A stretch of DNA of 64,000 bases from an uncultured Eudoraea sp. (lineage in GTDB: Bacteria > Bacteroidota > Bacteroidia > Flavobacteriales > Flavobacteriaceae), in assembly GCA_947258555.1 (NCBI GenBank), contig CAMYJF010000002.1:12070-76069 (forward strand), given 5' to 3'. The notes below the pieces were generated by a model. That model worked only from the letters and a program-made list of their open reading frames with translations. It was not told where the DNA came from and ran no database searches. Shown here in pieces: positions 49,459 to 59,135 of the stretch. How positions within the stretch are numbered: the first letter of the stretch is position 1; each line of letters begins with the position of its first letter. Both the position numbers and the translations under genes were made by a program.

Positions 49459-51594
49459 ATGAAACATACCTTTTATAGTAGCCTGTTCGCAATTAGTCTT
49501 ATTTTTGCGACCTCATGTCAAGAACAACAGAAAAAAATGGCTGATCTGGATCCTCCAAAAGCAAAGAAAGTAGCGAAAGAATTGACGATGCACGGAGACA
49601 CGCGTATCGATAACTATTACTGGTTAAACCAACGGGAAGATCAGGAAGTCATAGACTATCTAAGCGCCGAAAACGACTACTATAAAGGGATGACGGGCCA
49701 TACTGATGACTTCAAAAAAGATCTCTATGAAGAAATGCGTGGCCGCATTAAGGAAGACGATTCATCTGTTCCTTATAAGCGAAGGGGCTTTTATTACTCC
49801 ACTCGCTATGAGGAAGGGTATGAGTATCCAATATATGGCAGGTTTAAAGATAGCCTGACCGCCAAAGAGCAGATCATGTTTGATTGCAATGAATTGGCAA
49901 AAGGACATGAATTTTACAATTTAAGAGGCGTGAGCGTGAGTCCGGACAATTCCTTGGCGGCCTTTGGTGTGGATACTATCTCCAGAAGACAATACCATAT
50001 TCAAGTTAAAAATCTGGTTAGCGGGGAGATCTATCCGGATAAGATCGATAATACAACAGGTAGCGCAGTATGGGCAGATGATAATAAAACGTTGTTTTAC
50101 ACTAAAAAAGATCCTGTTACACTAAGATCCTCGCATATCTACAAACATGTTTTGGGTACCCCTTCGGATCAGGATGAACTTATCTTTCACGAAGAAGATG
50201 ATACGTTTTCAACCTATGTATATAAGACGAAATCCGAGAAATTCATAATCATAGGATCATATAGCACATTAACAGCTGAATTTCAAATACTTGAAGCTAA
50301 TAATCCAAATGGAAAGTTTAAGGTATTTTCACCCAGGGAACGAGGGCTGGAATACAATATAGCCCATCATGGGAGTGAATTCTATATAAGGACGAATAAG
50401 GATGGGGCCACCAATTTTAAATTGATGAAGACCCCGGATGACGATACGAATAAGGATCAATGGAAGGACTTTATTGCGCACAGGGAAGACGTGTTGCTGC
50501 AGGATATTGATACCTTCAAGGACTATTATGTCTTATCGGAAAGAGATAACGGTCTGAATAAGATCAAAATCGTTCGCTGGGATGGTTCAGATAGCTATTA
50601 TATCCCTTTTGATAATGAGACCTATGTGGCCTGGACATCGACCAATCCGGAGTTTGACACCGAAATCCTGCGTATTAGTTACAGTGCCATGACAAATCCT
50701 ACTTCGGTTATTGACTTTAACATGCGCACCAGGGAAAAAGAGATCAAAAAAGAACAGGAAATACTTGGTGGGAAATTCGATAAAGCCAATTATAGATCAG
50801 AGCGGGTTTGGGCTCCAACAAAAGATGGTAGCTTAGTTGCCATCTCTCTGGTTTATCATAAAGACACGGATCCAATGGCAGGTGGGCCACTTTTACAATA
50901 TGCGTATGGATCATACGGTAGTACTTCAGATCCCTATTTCTCGAGTGTGAGACTAAGTCTGTTGGATCGCGGTTTTATTTTTGCTGTTGCCCATGTCCGC
51001 GGGGGTCAATATTTGGGCAGGCCTTGGTATGAAGATGGAAAACTGCTGAATAAAATAAACACCTTTACAGATTTTATCGATTGTTCAAAATTCTTGATCA
51101 AGAGTGGATATACCAGCAAGGCACATTTGTACGCCAACGGAGGATCTGCGGGCGGATTGTTAATGGGAGCTGTAGTAAATATGGCTCCGGAGCTATATCA
51201 CGGTGTGATCGCTGCAGTCCCCTTTGTAGATGTGGTTACCACAATGCTGGATGATTCTATTCCTTTAACGACAGGGGAGTATGATGAATGGGGTAATCCG
51301 AATGATGAAACCTATTATCAGTATATGAAATCGTATTCGCCCTATGACAATGTAGAAGCAAAAGCATATCCTAATCTTTATGTAACCACGGGACTCCACG
51401 ATTCCCAGGTGCAATATTGGGAACCTGCCAAATGGGTAGCAAAACTAAGGGAGTATAAAACAGACGATAATTTACTCTTCCTGGATACCAATATGGACGC
51501 AGGCCATGGAGGGGCATCAGGACGCTTTGAATCCCTTAAAGAGTATGCAAAAGAGTATGCCTTTCTACTTGATTTAGAGGAAATTAGCCAGTAA
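49459..51594 (+). CDS. ptrB: S9A prolyl oligopeptidase family protein, oligopeptidase B-like
   Basis: N-terminal beta-propeller region and a C-terminal catalytic domain with GGSAGGLLMG nucleophile motif and a DSQV...GH triad region. Confidence 0.85.
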   Translation: MKHTFYSSLFAISLIFATSCQEQQKKMADLDPPKAKKVAKELTMHGDTRIDNYYWLNQREDQEVIDYLSAENDYYKGMTGHTDDFKKDLYEEMRGRIKEDDSSVPYKRRGFYYSTRYEEGYEYPIYGRFKDSLTAKEQIMFDCNELAKGHEFYNLRGVSVSPDNSLAAFGVDTISRRQYHIQVKNLVSGEIYPDKIDNTTGSAVWADDNKTLFYTKKDPVTLRSSHIYKHVLGTPSDQDELIFHEEDDTFSTYVYKTKSEKFIIIGSYSTLTAEFQILEANNPNGKFKVFSPRERGLEYNIAHHGSEFYIRTNKDGATNFKLMKTPDDDTNKDQWKDFIAHREDVLLQDIDTFKDYYVLSERDNGLNKIKIVRWDGSDSYYIPFDNETYVAWTSTNPEFDTEILRISYSAMTNPTSVIDFNMRTREKEIKKEQEILGGKFDKANYRSERVWAPTKDGSLVAISLVYHKDTDPMAGGPLLQYAYGSYGSTSDPYFSSVRLSLLDRGFIFAVAHVRGGQYLGRPWYEDGKLLNKINTFTDFIDCSKFLIKSGYTSKAHLYANGGSAGGLLMGAVVNMAPELYHGVIAAVPFVDVVTTMLDDSIPLTTGEYDEWGNPNDETYYQYMKSYSPYDNVEAKAYPNLYVTTGLHDSQVQYWEPAKWVAKLREYKTDDNLLFLDTNMDAGHGGASGRFESLKEYAKEYAFLLDLEEISQ

Positions 51595-51667
51595 ATTAAA
51601 AAAATAGTATTTTTGCCTCTTGTATGCATATCCCCCCTAAAGGGTTTGCATCTGCTAACCTGACTGT

Positions 51668-52708
51668 ATGGAACAAAAGATAAGGGCCTACAAGAATATT
51701 CTCGAGCTTATTGGGAATACGCCTCTCATCCAATTGAACACCGTTACCAATAGCCTTTCCGGAGAATTTTATGCCAAAGTAGAGGCTATGAATCCTGGTC
51801 ATTCTTCCAAAGACCGGATCGCCATTCATATTATTGAAGAGGCGGAACGACTTGGGATCCTGACTGAAGGTGCCACTATAGTAGAAACTACCTCGGGGAA
51901 TACGGGCTTCAGCCTGGCGATGGTCAGTGTGGTGAAAGGATATAGATGTATCCTGGCGGTAAGTTCTAAATCGTCCAAAGACAAAATAGATATGCTTCGC
52001 GCCATGGGTGCCGAAGTACATGTTTGTCCTGCACACGTAAGCGCTGATGATCCGCGTTCTTATTACGAGGTCGCTAAGCGTTTACACAAAGAGAATAAGG
52101 ACTCTATTTATATCAACCAATATTTTAACCAGTTGAATATAAATGCCCATTACAGGACTACAGGTCCTGAAATCTGGGAACAAACAGGAGGTGCCATAAC
52201 CCATCTGATCGCCTGTAGTGGTACAGGGGGTACGATCTCAGGTACAGCAAAGTATTTAAAAGAACAAAACCCTGATATCCGAGTTCTTGGCGTAGATGCC
52301 TATGGTTCTGTGATCAAGAAATATCACGAAACAGGAGAATTTGATGCCAATGAGATCTATCCATATCGTATTGAAGGTTTGGGTAAAAACCTGATCCCTG
52401 ATGCGACGGATTTCGAGATCATTGATGATTTTATCAAGGTTACCGATGAAGAGAGTGCTCATGCCGCGCGTGAGATTGCCAAAAAAGAAGGCATATTTGT
52501 TGGATATACAAGTGGTGCTGCGCTTCAGGCTATTCGTAAGGCAGCTGAAAATGGTGAGTTCAATAAAAATAGTCGGGTAGTCGTTATCTTCCCGGATCAT
52601 GGATCTCGCTATATGAGCAAAGTCTTTGACGATAAGTGGATGGAGGAACAAGGATTTACCGAAGAAAATAAAACAGTTCAGAGAAAAACCAAGCAAACGG
52701 TTAAATAA
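51668..52708 (+). CDS. PLP-dependent cysteine synthase/cystathionine beta-synthase-fold enzyme (candidate cysteate synthase)
   Basis: SSKDRIA PLP-lysine motif, TSGNTG, and the GTGGT glycine loop. Confidence 0.8.
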   Translation: MEQKIRAYKNILELIGNTPLIQLNTVTNSLSGEFYAKVEAMNPGHSSKDRIAIHIIEEAERLGILTEGATIVETTSGNTGFSLAMVSVVKGYRCILAVSSKSSKDKIDMLRAMGAEVHVCPAHVSADDPRSYYEVAKRLHKENKDSIYINQYFNQLNINAHYRTTGPEIWEQTGGAITHLIACSGTGGTISGTAKYLKEQNPDIRVLGVDAYGSVIKKYHETGEFDANEIYPYRIEGLGKNLIPDATDFEIIDDFIKVTDEESAHAAREIAKKEGIFVGYTSGAALQAIRKAAENGEFNKNSRVVVIFPDHGSRYMSKVFDDKWMEEQGFTEENKTVQRKTKQTVK

Positions 52709-52730
52709 CTGACTAACATATTGTAAATCA

Positions 52731-52760
52731 GCAATGACCGGGTGTCATTGCTTTTTTTTT
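52731..52760 (+). terminator. Intrinsic terminator
   Basis: GCAATGAC cgggt GTCATTGC followed by T9. Confidence 0.75.
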
Positions 52761-52839
52761 GAGGGTGTAAAGAAGCTTTTTTAATTATGATGAGCGCGCA
52801 AAAATCCATAGTTTTGTATTCAAAACCAATCAAGCCATT

Positions 52840-54099
52840 ATGAGAGACATATTTGAGCGGATCACTGAGAACAAAGGCCCATTAGGTAAATGGGCGTCAC
52901 AGGCAGAAGGATACTTTGTATTTCCGAAGTTAGAGGGACCTATCTCAAATCGAATGAAATTCCAGGGTAAGGAAGTAATTACCTGGAGTATTAATGACTA
53001 CCTCGGCCTGGCCAATCTCCCTGAAATTAAAAAAGTTGACGGCGAAGCTGCTCTTAAATACGGGGCTGCATTTCCAATGGGTGCGCGTATGATGAGTGGA
53101 CATACGGAAGACCATGAAGAACTGGAAAGGCAACTAGCCGAATTTGTCAATAAAGAATCTGCTTATCTCTTAAATTTTGGCTATCAAGGGATCTTATCTG
53201 CCATCGATGCCCTGGTTTCTAAAGACGATATCATAGTCTATGATGTAGATTCCCATGCCTGTATCATTGATGGTGTACGGCTGCACATGGGCAAGCGCTT
53301 CACTTTCAAACATAATGACATTGAAAGCCTGGAAAAAAACCTGACCCGTGCTACCAAACTAGCCGAACAAAACGGAGGGGGTATCCTTGTGATCACAGAA
53401 GGTGTTTTTGGTATGCGTGGCGAGCAGGGGAAACTGAAGGAGATCGTTGCCCTTAAGAAAAAATTCAATTTCCGACTCATGGTCGATGATGCCCATGGTT
53501 TTGGCACACTTGGTAAGACAGGTGCCGGAGCAGGAGAGGAACAGGGTGTTCAGGATGATATAGATGTGTACTTTGCCACTTTTGCAAAGTCTATGGCGGG
53601 CATCGGGGCTTTCCTGGCGGCCGACAAAGAGATCATTGATTACCTCAAATATAATTTGCGTTCCCAGATGTTCGCAAAATCGCTTCCTATGATCTATGTA
53701 AAGGGGGCGTTGAAACGACTGGATATGCTGCGCACTATGCCGGAGCTTAAAACCAAACTTTGGGAGAACGTAAATGCCCTTCAGAACGGTCTTAAAGAAC
53801 GCGGTTTCGATATTGGAAATACATCCAGTTGTGTCACCCCGGTTTACTTAAGTGGAAGTGTTCCGGAAGCCATGGCACTGGTAAGAGATCTGCGTGAGAA
53901 TTACGGGATATTCTGCTCTATTGTCGTATATCCGGTTATCCCAAAAGGTATGATCCTATTGCGTATGATCCCAACAGCGTCTCATACAATGGAAGATATT
54001 AAGGTCACGCTAAATGCGTTCTCAGCCATACGTGAACGCTTGGAAAATGGCACGTATAAACGACTTTCGGCAGCAGTGATCGCTGCAATGGGAGAGTAG
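52840..54099 (+). CDS. Alpha-oxoamine synthase family PLP enzyme (KBL/AONS/SPT-like; candidate cysteate-C-fatty acyltransferase)
   Basis: DDAHGFG and TFAKSMAG (PLP lysine) motifs; 419 aa. Confidence 0.8.
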   Translation: MRDIFERITENKGPLGKWASQAEGYFVFPKLEGPISNRMKFQGKEVITWSINDYLGLANLPEIKKVDGEAALKYGAAFPMGARMMSGHTEDHEELERQLAEFVNKESAYLLNFGYQGILSAIDALVSKDDIIVYDVDSHACIIDGVRLHMGKRFTFKHNDIESLEKNLTRATKLAEQNGGGILVITEGVFGMRGEQGKLKEIVALKKKFNFRLMVDDAHGFGTLGKTGAGAGEEQGVQDDIDVYFATFAKSMAGIGAFLAADKEIIDYLKYNLRSQMFAKSLPMIYVKGALKRLDMLRTMPELKTKLWENVNALQNGLKERGFDIGNTSSCVTPVYLSGSVPEAMALVRDLRENYGIFCSIVVYPVIPKGMILLRMIPTASHTMEDIKVTLNAFSAIRERLENGTYKRLSAAVIAAMGE

Positions 54100-55221
54100 T
54101 TAATCAAATATCTTTTTATAGGTCCGACGACGTTTGTACACGACAGGATAGAAGTTTTTCCATAATTTATGGATCGCCAAATTATCTTCTAATTCAGGCG
54201 TTCTATAACACATATCTATGCCTTTTGATTGGAAAGTATGGTGGTAGCGATCAAAAATAATAGCTGTGACGCCTTTATTCTGATAATCCGGATGAATACC
54301 GATCAGGTAAAAGATGACATCCTTACTATTCTTTTTAGCGTTGAGTAAATGAATGAATCCAAAGGGCCACAACCGGCCATTTGCTTTTTGTAAGGCTCTG
54401 GAAAATGACGGCATGACTATCGCAAATGCGACCAGCTTGTCATCTTTATCAATCACAAATTTTACATATTCCGGGTTTATAAAGGAGATGTACTTCTTTT
54501 TAAAATATTCTTTCTGGATGTCCGTCATCGGTACGAAAGAAGAAAGTTTCACATAGCTCGCATTAAACAGATCAAACATTTCATCGGCCCAGGGCATAAT
54601 TTCTTCTGTTTTGGTGAAATCAAGTGGCCGCAAGTTGTATCGCTTTTTGATCAATTCATTAGCCTTGACAAAAAACTCTGGCTTTGCATTTTTTTCGGGG
54701 AATTTGCTCTCCAGATATCCTTTTTCCTTTACCATACCATAGGCCTCATAATGAGATTGGTAGTACGGATGGTTATACCAGGTGATCATGGTGCCCATTT
54801 CTTCAAAACCTTCCACGAGCACGCCCACCTTATCCAGATTTGAAAAGCCTACAGGACCTTCCATAAATTCGAGGTGGTGTTCACGACCTATTGCCTCAAC
54901 CTTTTCCAGAAGGGCCTGGCTCACTTCCTGGTCGTCAATAAAATCGAACCACCCAAAGCGCATTTTTCGGATCTTTTGGTGATCCACCTCAATCCAATTG
55001 ATTATTGCTGCAACACGCCCGGCCAGGACATTGTCCTTATAGGCGAGAAAGAACCGAACATCGGCATCAATAAAAGCAGGATTCACATCCTTATTGAAAG
55101 TCCCCATCTCTTCTTTGATAATGGGGGGCACCCAATAAGGCGAGCCTTTATAAATGGAAAACGGAAACTTGACAAAGTTTCGTAGTTGTTTTTTGGTTTG
55201 GACTTCTTCTATTCGGATCAT
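54100..55221 (-). CDS. Uncharacterised protein, possibly GNAT-like acyltransferase fold
   Basis: Long clean ORF. The N-terminal FPFSIYKGSPYWVPP motif recalls a conserved GNAT-related family. This is a recollection only and was not verified. Confidence 0.4.
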   Translation of the reverse strand: MIRIEEVQTKKQLRNFVKFPFSIYKGSPYWVPPIIKEEMGTFNKDVNPAFIDADVRFFLAYKDNVLAGRVAAIINWIEVDHQKIRKMRFGWFDFIDDQEVSQALLEKVEAIGREHHLEFMEGPVGFSNLDKVGVLVEGFEEMGTMITWYNHPYYQSHYEAYGMVKEKGYLESKFPEKNAKPEFFVKANELIKKRYNLRPLDFTKTEEIMPWADEMFDLFNASYVKLSSFVPMTDIQKEYFKKKYISFINPEYVKFVIDKDDKLVAFAIVMPSFSRALQKANGRLWPFGFIHLLNAKKNSKDVIFYLIGIHPDYQNKGVTAIIFDRYHHTFQSKGIDMCYRTPELEDNLAIHKLWKNFYPVVYKRRRTYKKIFD

Positions 55222-55302
55222 CTGCAGCGCTTGGATGATCAATAATAGGAATTATTAGGAATAGTAAAAAGAATCCCGGCACTTTTAAGAGCCGGGATAC
55301 GT

Positions 55303-56328
55303 CTATTGGTCAATCTTCTTTTTCTTTCTTTTTCGCTTATCCTTTTTAGATATCCCGAATAAGCCCTTTTTCTTCTTCTTATTAGCGTTGCGTTTTATAT
55401 CACCTCCATTTTCGCCTCCGGGTTGTTCGTCTATAGGTTTTATCTTATCCTGATGGAAATCTAAACGGTAAGACATTCCCAGCATTCCAAAGATCCTACT
55501 GGGGGTATTTTTAAAATTAGAGCCTAAGTAGGCATCCATCTGGAAGCTCTCATTAAACAAATGTGCGATCCCGCTCCGTAAGAGGATGTCTGAATATCTG
55601 TCGCTCTTAATTCCCTGGTTTTCCACAAAAACACTCCACTTAGGATTCCTGAATGCATGCTGAAATGAAATAGTGTATTGCCATTCCGGGAAATCTGTAC
55701 CTATACGATCATAAGAGATATTGGAGATAAGTACAAAACGTGGTGTTAGCCGACTTTGCGTTGCGATCATTACCCTGGGCGATACCGTAGGATCACCTGC
55801 ATAAAAAGGATTATCGCCGAGGACAAAGTTGGCTCCGGCATAAATAGATATGGCAGGGACTAAATTTTTAAGTTGAAATACATTATTTGCTCGCCAGCTG
55901 ATCAAATTAGGTTTGTTGGCATTAGGATCTTTAAAGGGATCAAAGAGCAAAAATTTCAATCCAATTCGGTTACGTTCAAAATCTGTGCGTGTTTCACTGA
56001 GATCGAAACCGAGGTAATCAATATTCTGATTGACATATCTGCCCTCATAGTTTAATTCAAGGGTCTCAAAAAGCAAACCGTACCTAAGAGAAAGTTCCGG
56101 TGTAAATAAATTGGAATCATAATCCAGAAGGCTGTGATCCCGTTGTTCAAAGCCAAGACCTAATTCTACCTGGACCACTCCCGTTCCCACCGCATAGGCG
56201 CTAACAGACAGGCCGGGGCGGTTAGAATTAATGACATCCGTATACTGGGCTGAAACTACAGCGGGCAGCGCATAAGCAAGTGTTAATAGCGTAAGAATAT
56301 GGGTTTTGATGTGCGTGCGCAATCCCAT
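55303..56328 (-). CDS. Outer-membrane beta-barrel protein (porin/transporter-like) with poly-lysine C-terminal tail
   Basis: Signal peptide, an alternating amphipathic beta-strand pattern, and a C-terminal KKKKKGLFGISKKDKRKRKKKKIDQ. Confidence 0.6.
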   Translation of the reverse strand: MGLRTHIKTHILTLLTLAYALPAVVSAQYTDVINSNRPGLSVSAYAVGTGVVQVELGLGFEQRDHSLLDYDSNLFTPELSLRYGLLFETLELNYEGRYVNQNIDYLGFDLSETRTDFERNRIGLKFLLFDPFKDPNANKPNLISWRANNVFQLKNLVPAISIYAGANFVLGDNPFYAGDPTVSPRVMIATQSRLTPRFVLISNISYDRIGTDFPEWQYTISFQHAFRNPKWSVFVENQGIKSDRYSDILLRSGIAHLFNESFQMDAYLGSNFKNTPSRIFGMLGMSYRLDFHQDKIKPIDEQPGGENGGDIKRNANKKKKKGLFGISKKDKRKRKKKKIDQ

Positions 56329-56405
56329 GGACTTGATTTTATTATTATTTTATGACTTTTCTACAGTCTATAAAACGCTGGAATTGTACTTTTGATATAA
56401 ATTCT

Positions 56406-56678
56406 ATGCAGAATATGGTGCTTTTAAAGATCTTACTTGTTCTTATCGCCTCCTACTACCTGTTTAGCTTGCTTTCCCGATGGTTATTTCCAAAGATGAT
56501 GCAGTACGCAGCAAGCAAGGTAAGACAGCGTATGGAGGAACAAATGGGTGCATTTTTTGAAGAGGGGCCTGCAGAGGAACAAGCCAGGGATGGCGTGCCT
56601 TTCACCCGACATAAGAATAGGTCTAAAACCTCTTCCAAGGACGTCGGAGAATATATCGACTTTGAAGAGATTCCCTAA
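56406..56678 (+). CDS. DUF4834-like small membrane protein
   Basis: N-terminal TM helix (LLKILLVLIASYYLF) and a C-terminal EYIDFEEI motif. The start is either ATG 56406 or ATG 56415. Confidence 0.55.
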   Translation: MQNMVLLKILLVLIASYYLFSLLSRWLFPKMMQYAASKVRQRMEEQMGAFFEEGPAEEQARDGVPFTRHKNRSKTSSKDVGEYIDFEEIP

Positions 56679-56696
56679 CCAACACCAAACCAACCT

Positions 56697-59135
56697 ATGA
56701 AGCCCGGCATTAGAGCGCTATTCATACATTTTTTTGCCCTCGCTTTTTTTATCCTGATCTCCCTCCTTTATTTTTCTCCCGTTCTTCAGGGGAAAACTAT
56801 ATATCAGTCAGATATCGCCCAGTATACGGGCATGGCCAAGGAACAAAATGATTTTCGCGAGCGGTATGAAAGAGAGCCCTACTGGACGAACAGCGCTTTT
56901 GGAGGTATGCCTACTTTTCAATTAGGCGCATACTATCCAAATGATGTAGTTAAGGCCCTGGATAGGGGAATACGCTTCCTGCCAAGACCGGCAGATTATC
57001 TCTTCTTGTACTTTCTCAGTTTCTATATCCTGATGTGGTGCTTGAAAATGGACTTCAGGCTCGCTGTCCTCGGAGCCCTGGCGTTTGGTTTTTCTACTTA
57101 CCTGGTGATCATCCTTGGGGTAGGACACAATGCTAAAGCACACGCCCTGGGTTATCTACCCATGTTGTTAGGGGGCATCGTCCTGGTTTTCCGAAAAAAA
57201 TATATCTGGGGCTTTCTGTTGACAGCCCTGGCCATGGCCCTTGAAGTTGGGGCCAATCACTATCAAATGACATATTATTTTATGTTGTTAGTGCTTGTAC
57301 TGGGTGCAGTCTACCTGGTAGCTGCGATCCAAAGAAAGCAGCTGAAACATTTCAGTCTGTCCGTAGGACTCCTGCTGGTAGCTGTAGCCATAGGAATTGG
57401 GATGAACGCTACCTCGCTCATGGCCACCAAGGAATACGCAGATTGGAGTACGCGGGGAGAATCTTCACTGACGATCAATCCCGATGGGAGTCCGAAAGAA
57501 AGTTCGGCCGGACTCAGCAAAGAATACATCACCCAATACAGCTACGGGATCTCAGAGAGCCTCAACTTGTTTGCTCCCGGATTATTCGGCGGTTCTAACA
57601 GTGAAGACCTGGGGGAAAAATCGAATACCTATGAATATCTTACTGAACAAGGGCTCTCTCGCACACGGGCGTTAGAATTCTCCAAAGGCCTTCCGTTGTA
57701 TTGGGGAGATCAGCCAGGCGTTGCCGCTCCTGCCTATGTGGGTGCTGTGGTCTTTTTCCTGTTTTTCCTGGGCGTTTTCCTGGTCAGGGGATATCTTAAA
57801 TGGTGGATGATCCTTGGTGCCTTGCTATCGTTGATGCTTTCCTGGGGACACAATTTTAGTGCCCTGACTAATTTTATGATCGATTATTTCCCACTCTATA
57901 ATAAATTCAGGGCCGTTTCCTCCATACAGGTCATCCTGGAATTATGCGTACCCATGCTCGGCATCATGGGGCTGGCTTATGTGCTTAATCCCAATGTGGG
58001 AAAGAAAAAGAAAACAAAGGCATTGCTATATAGTACTGTTGTTACCGTTGGAGTAGGCCTCCTGCTTCTAATCTTCAGATCTGCTTTCTCCTTCACCGGA
58101 TTGAATGATACTACCTACGAACGCTATTTCGGCAATGAGATCATGACGATGATCGTGCGGGACCGGGAAGCACTTTATTTAAATGATACACTGCGATCGC
58201 TGATCTTCGTTCTGCTCGCCGCCTTAGGTCTATGGTTGTTCTTAAAAGAGAAATTAAAAGCGAACATCTTGGTCATTGTCCTGGGGATATTAGTTGTAGT
58301 TGACCTGGTAGGCGTAGACAGGCGCTATGTAAATGAAGCCGATTTTGTCCGTAAAATGCAGATGCGGGAACCCTTCCCGGAGCGCAATGTAGACAAACAG
58401 ATCGCCCAAGACACCTCTGTTTACAGAGTCTATGACGCATCGGAAGGCATTAATGGAGCCAGAACCTCTTACTTCCATAAATCCATTGGGGGCTATCACG
58501 CCGCCAAACCGGCTGCCATGCAGGACCTGTTCGAGTTCCATATCTACGAAGGGAATTTCGAAGTATTGAACATGCTCAATGTTAAATACCTGGTTCAGGC
58601 CGATGAAGACGGGCAGACATTTGGCACCATGAATCCGGATGCCAATGGAAATGCCTGGTTTGTTACAGAGCTCGTAGCAGTTAATTCCAGGGACGAAGAG
58701 ATCACCCAATTAAAGGAGTTGGATACAAAAAACAAAGCCGTGATCAATACGGCTGATTTTCCGGATGTCAGCCCCCTGGCTTTCCGATCGGATTCCCTGG
58801 CTACTATAACTGTGCTGGACCATATGCCGGACAGGATCCGCTACAGGAGCCAAACACAGGCCCCTGCTGCAGCCGTATTTTCCGAAATGTATTACGCACC
58901 GGGATGGGATGCCTATATTGATGGGATCAAAACATCTCATTTCCGGGTGAATCATGCTTTAAGAGCCCTGTTAGTACCGGAAGGCGAACACGAGATAGAA
59001 TTTCTTTTCCAACCCGAAGTCGTCCAGAGCGGGAAGAAGATAAGCCTGGGAAGTTCCCTGCTTTTGTTTGTACTTTTGATCGGCGGGATCGCATACCCTT
59101 ACCTCCCTTTTGCTAAAAAGCAGCGCCAGGAATGA
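56697..59135 (+). CDS. YfhO-family polytopic membrane protein (GT-C-like glycosyltransferase candidate)
   Basis: More than 10 TM helices followed by a large C-terminal extracytoplasmic domain and a terminal TM helix. N-terminal QSDIAQYTGMAKE motif. Confidence 0.75.
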   Translation: MKPGIRALFIHFFALAFFILISLLYFSPVLQGKTIYQSDIAQYTGMAKEQNDFRERYEREPYWTNSAFGGMPTFQLGAYYPNDVVKALDRGIRFLPRPADYLFLYFLSFYILMWCLKMDFRLAVLGALAFGFSTYLVIILGVGHNAKAHALGYLPMLLGGIVLVFRKKYIWGFLLTALAMALEVGANHYQMTYYFMLLVLVLGAVYLVAAIQRKQLKHFSLSVGLLLVAVAIGIGMNATSLMATKEYADWSTRGESSLTINPDGSPKESSAGLSKEYITQYSYGISESLNLFAPGLFGGSNSEDLGEKSNTYEYLTEQGLSRTRALEFSKGLPLYWGDQPGVAAPAYVGAVVFFLFFLGVFLVRGYLKWWMILGALLSLMLSWGHNFSALTNFMIDYFPLYNKFRAVSSIQVILELCVPMLGIMGLAYVLNPNVGKKKKTKALLYSTVVTVGVGLLLLIFRSAFSFTGLNDTTYERYFGNEIMTMIVRDREALYLNDTLRSLIFVLLAALGLWLFLKEKLKANILVIVLGILVVVDLVGVDRRYVNEADFVRKMQMREPFPERNVDKQIAQDTSVYRVYDASEGINGARTSYFHKSIGGYHAAKPAAMQDLFEFHIYEGNFEVLNMLNVKYLVQADEDGQTFGTMNPDANGNAWFVTELVAVNSRDEEITQLKELDTKNKAVINTADFPDVSPLAFRSDSLATITVLDHMPDRIRYRSQTQAPAAAVFSEMYYAPGWDAYIDGIKTSHFRVNHALRALLVPEGEHEIEFLFQPEVVQSGKKISLGSSLLLFVLLIGGIAYPYLPFAKKQRQE

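Noticed and set aside
51596-52036. 146-aa ORFs antisense to the CBS-fold gene (also 52256..52696)
   Set aside because: These are shadow ORFs within a well-supported PLP-enzyme CDS. They have no motifs and odd composition.
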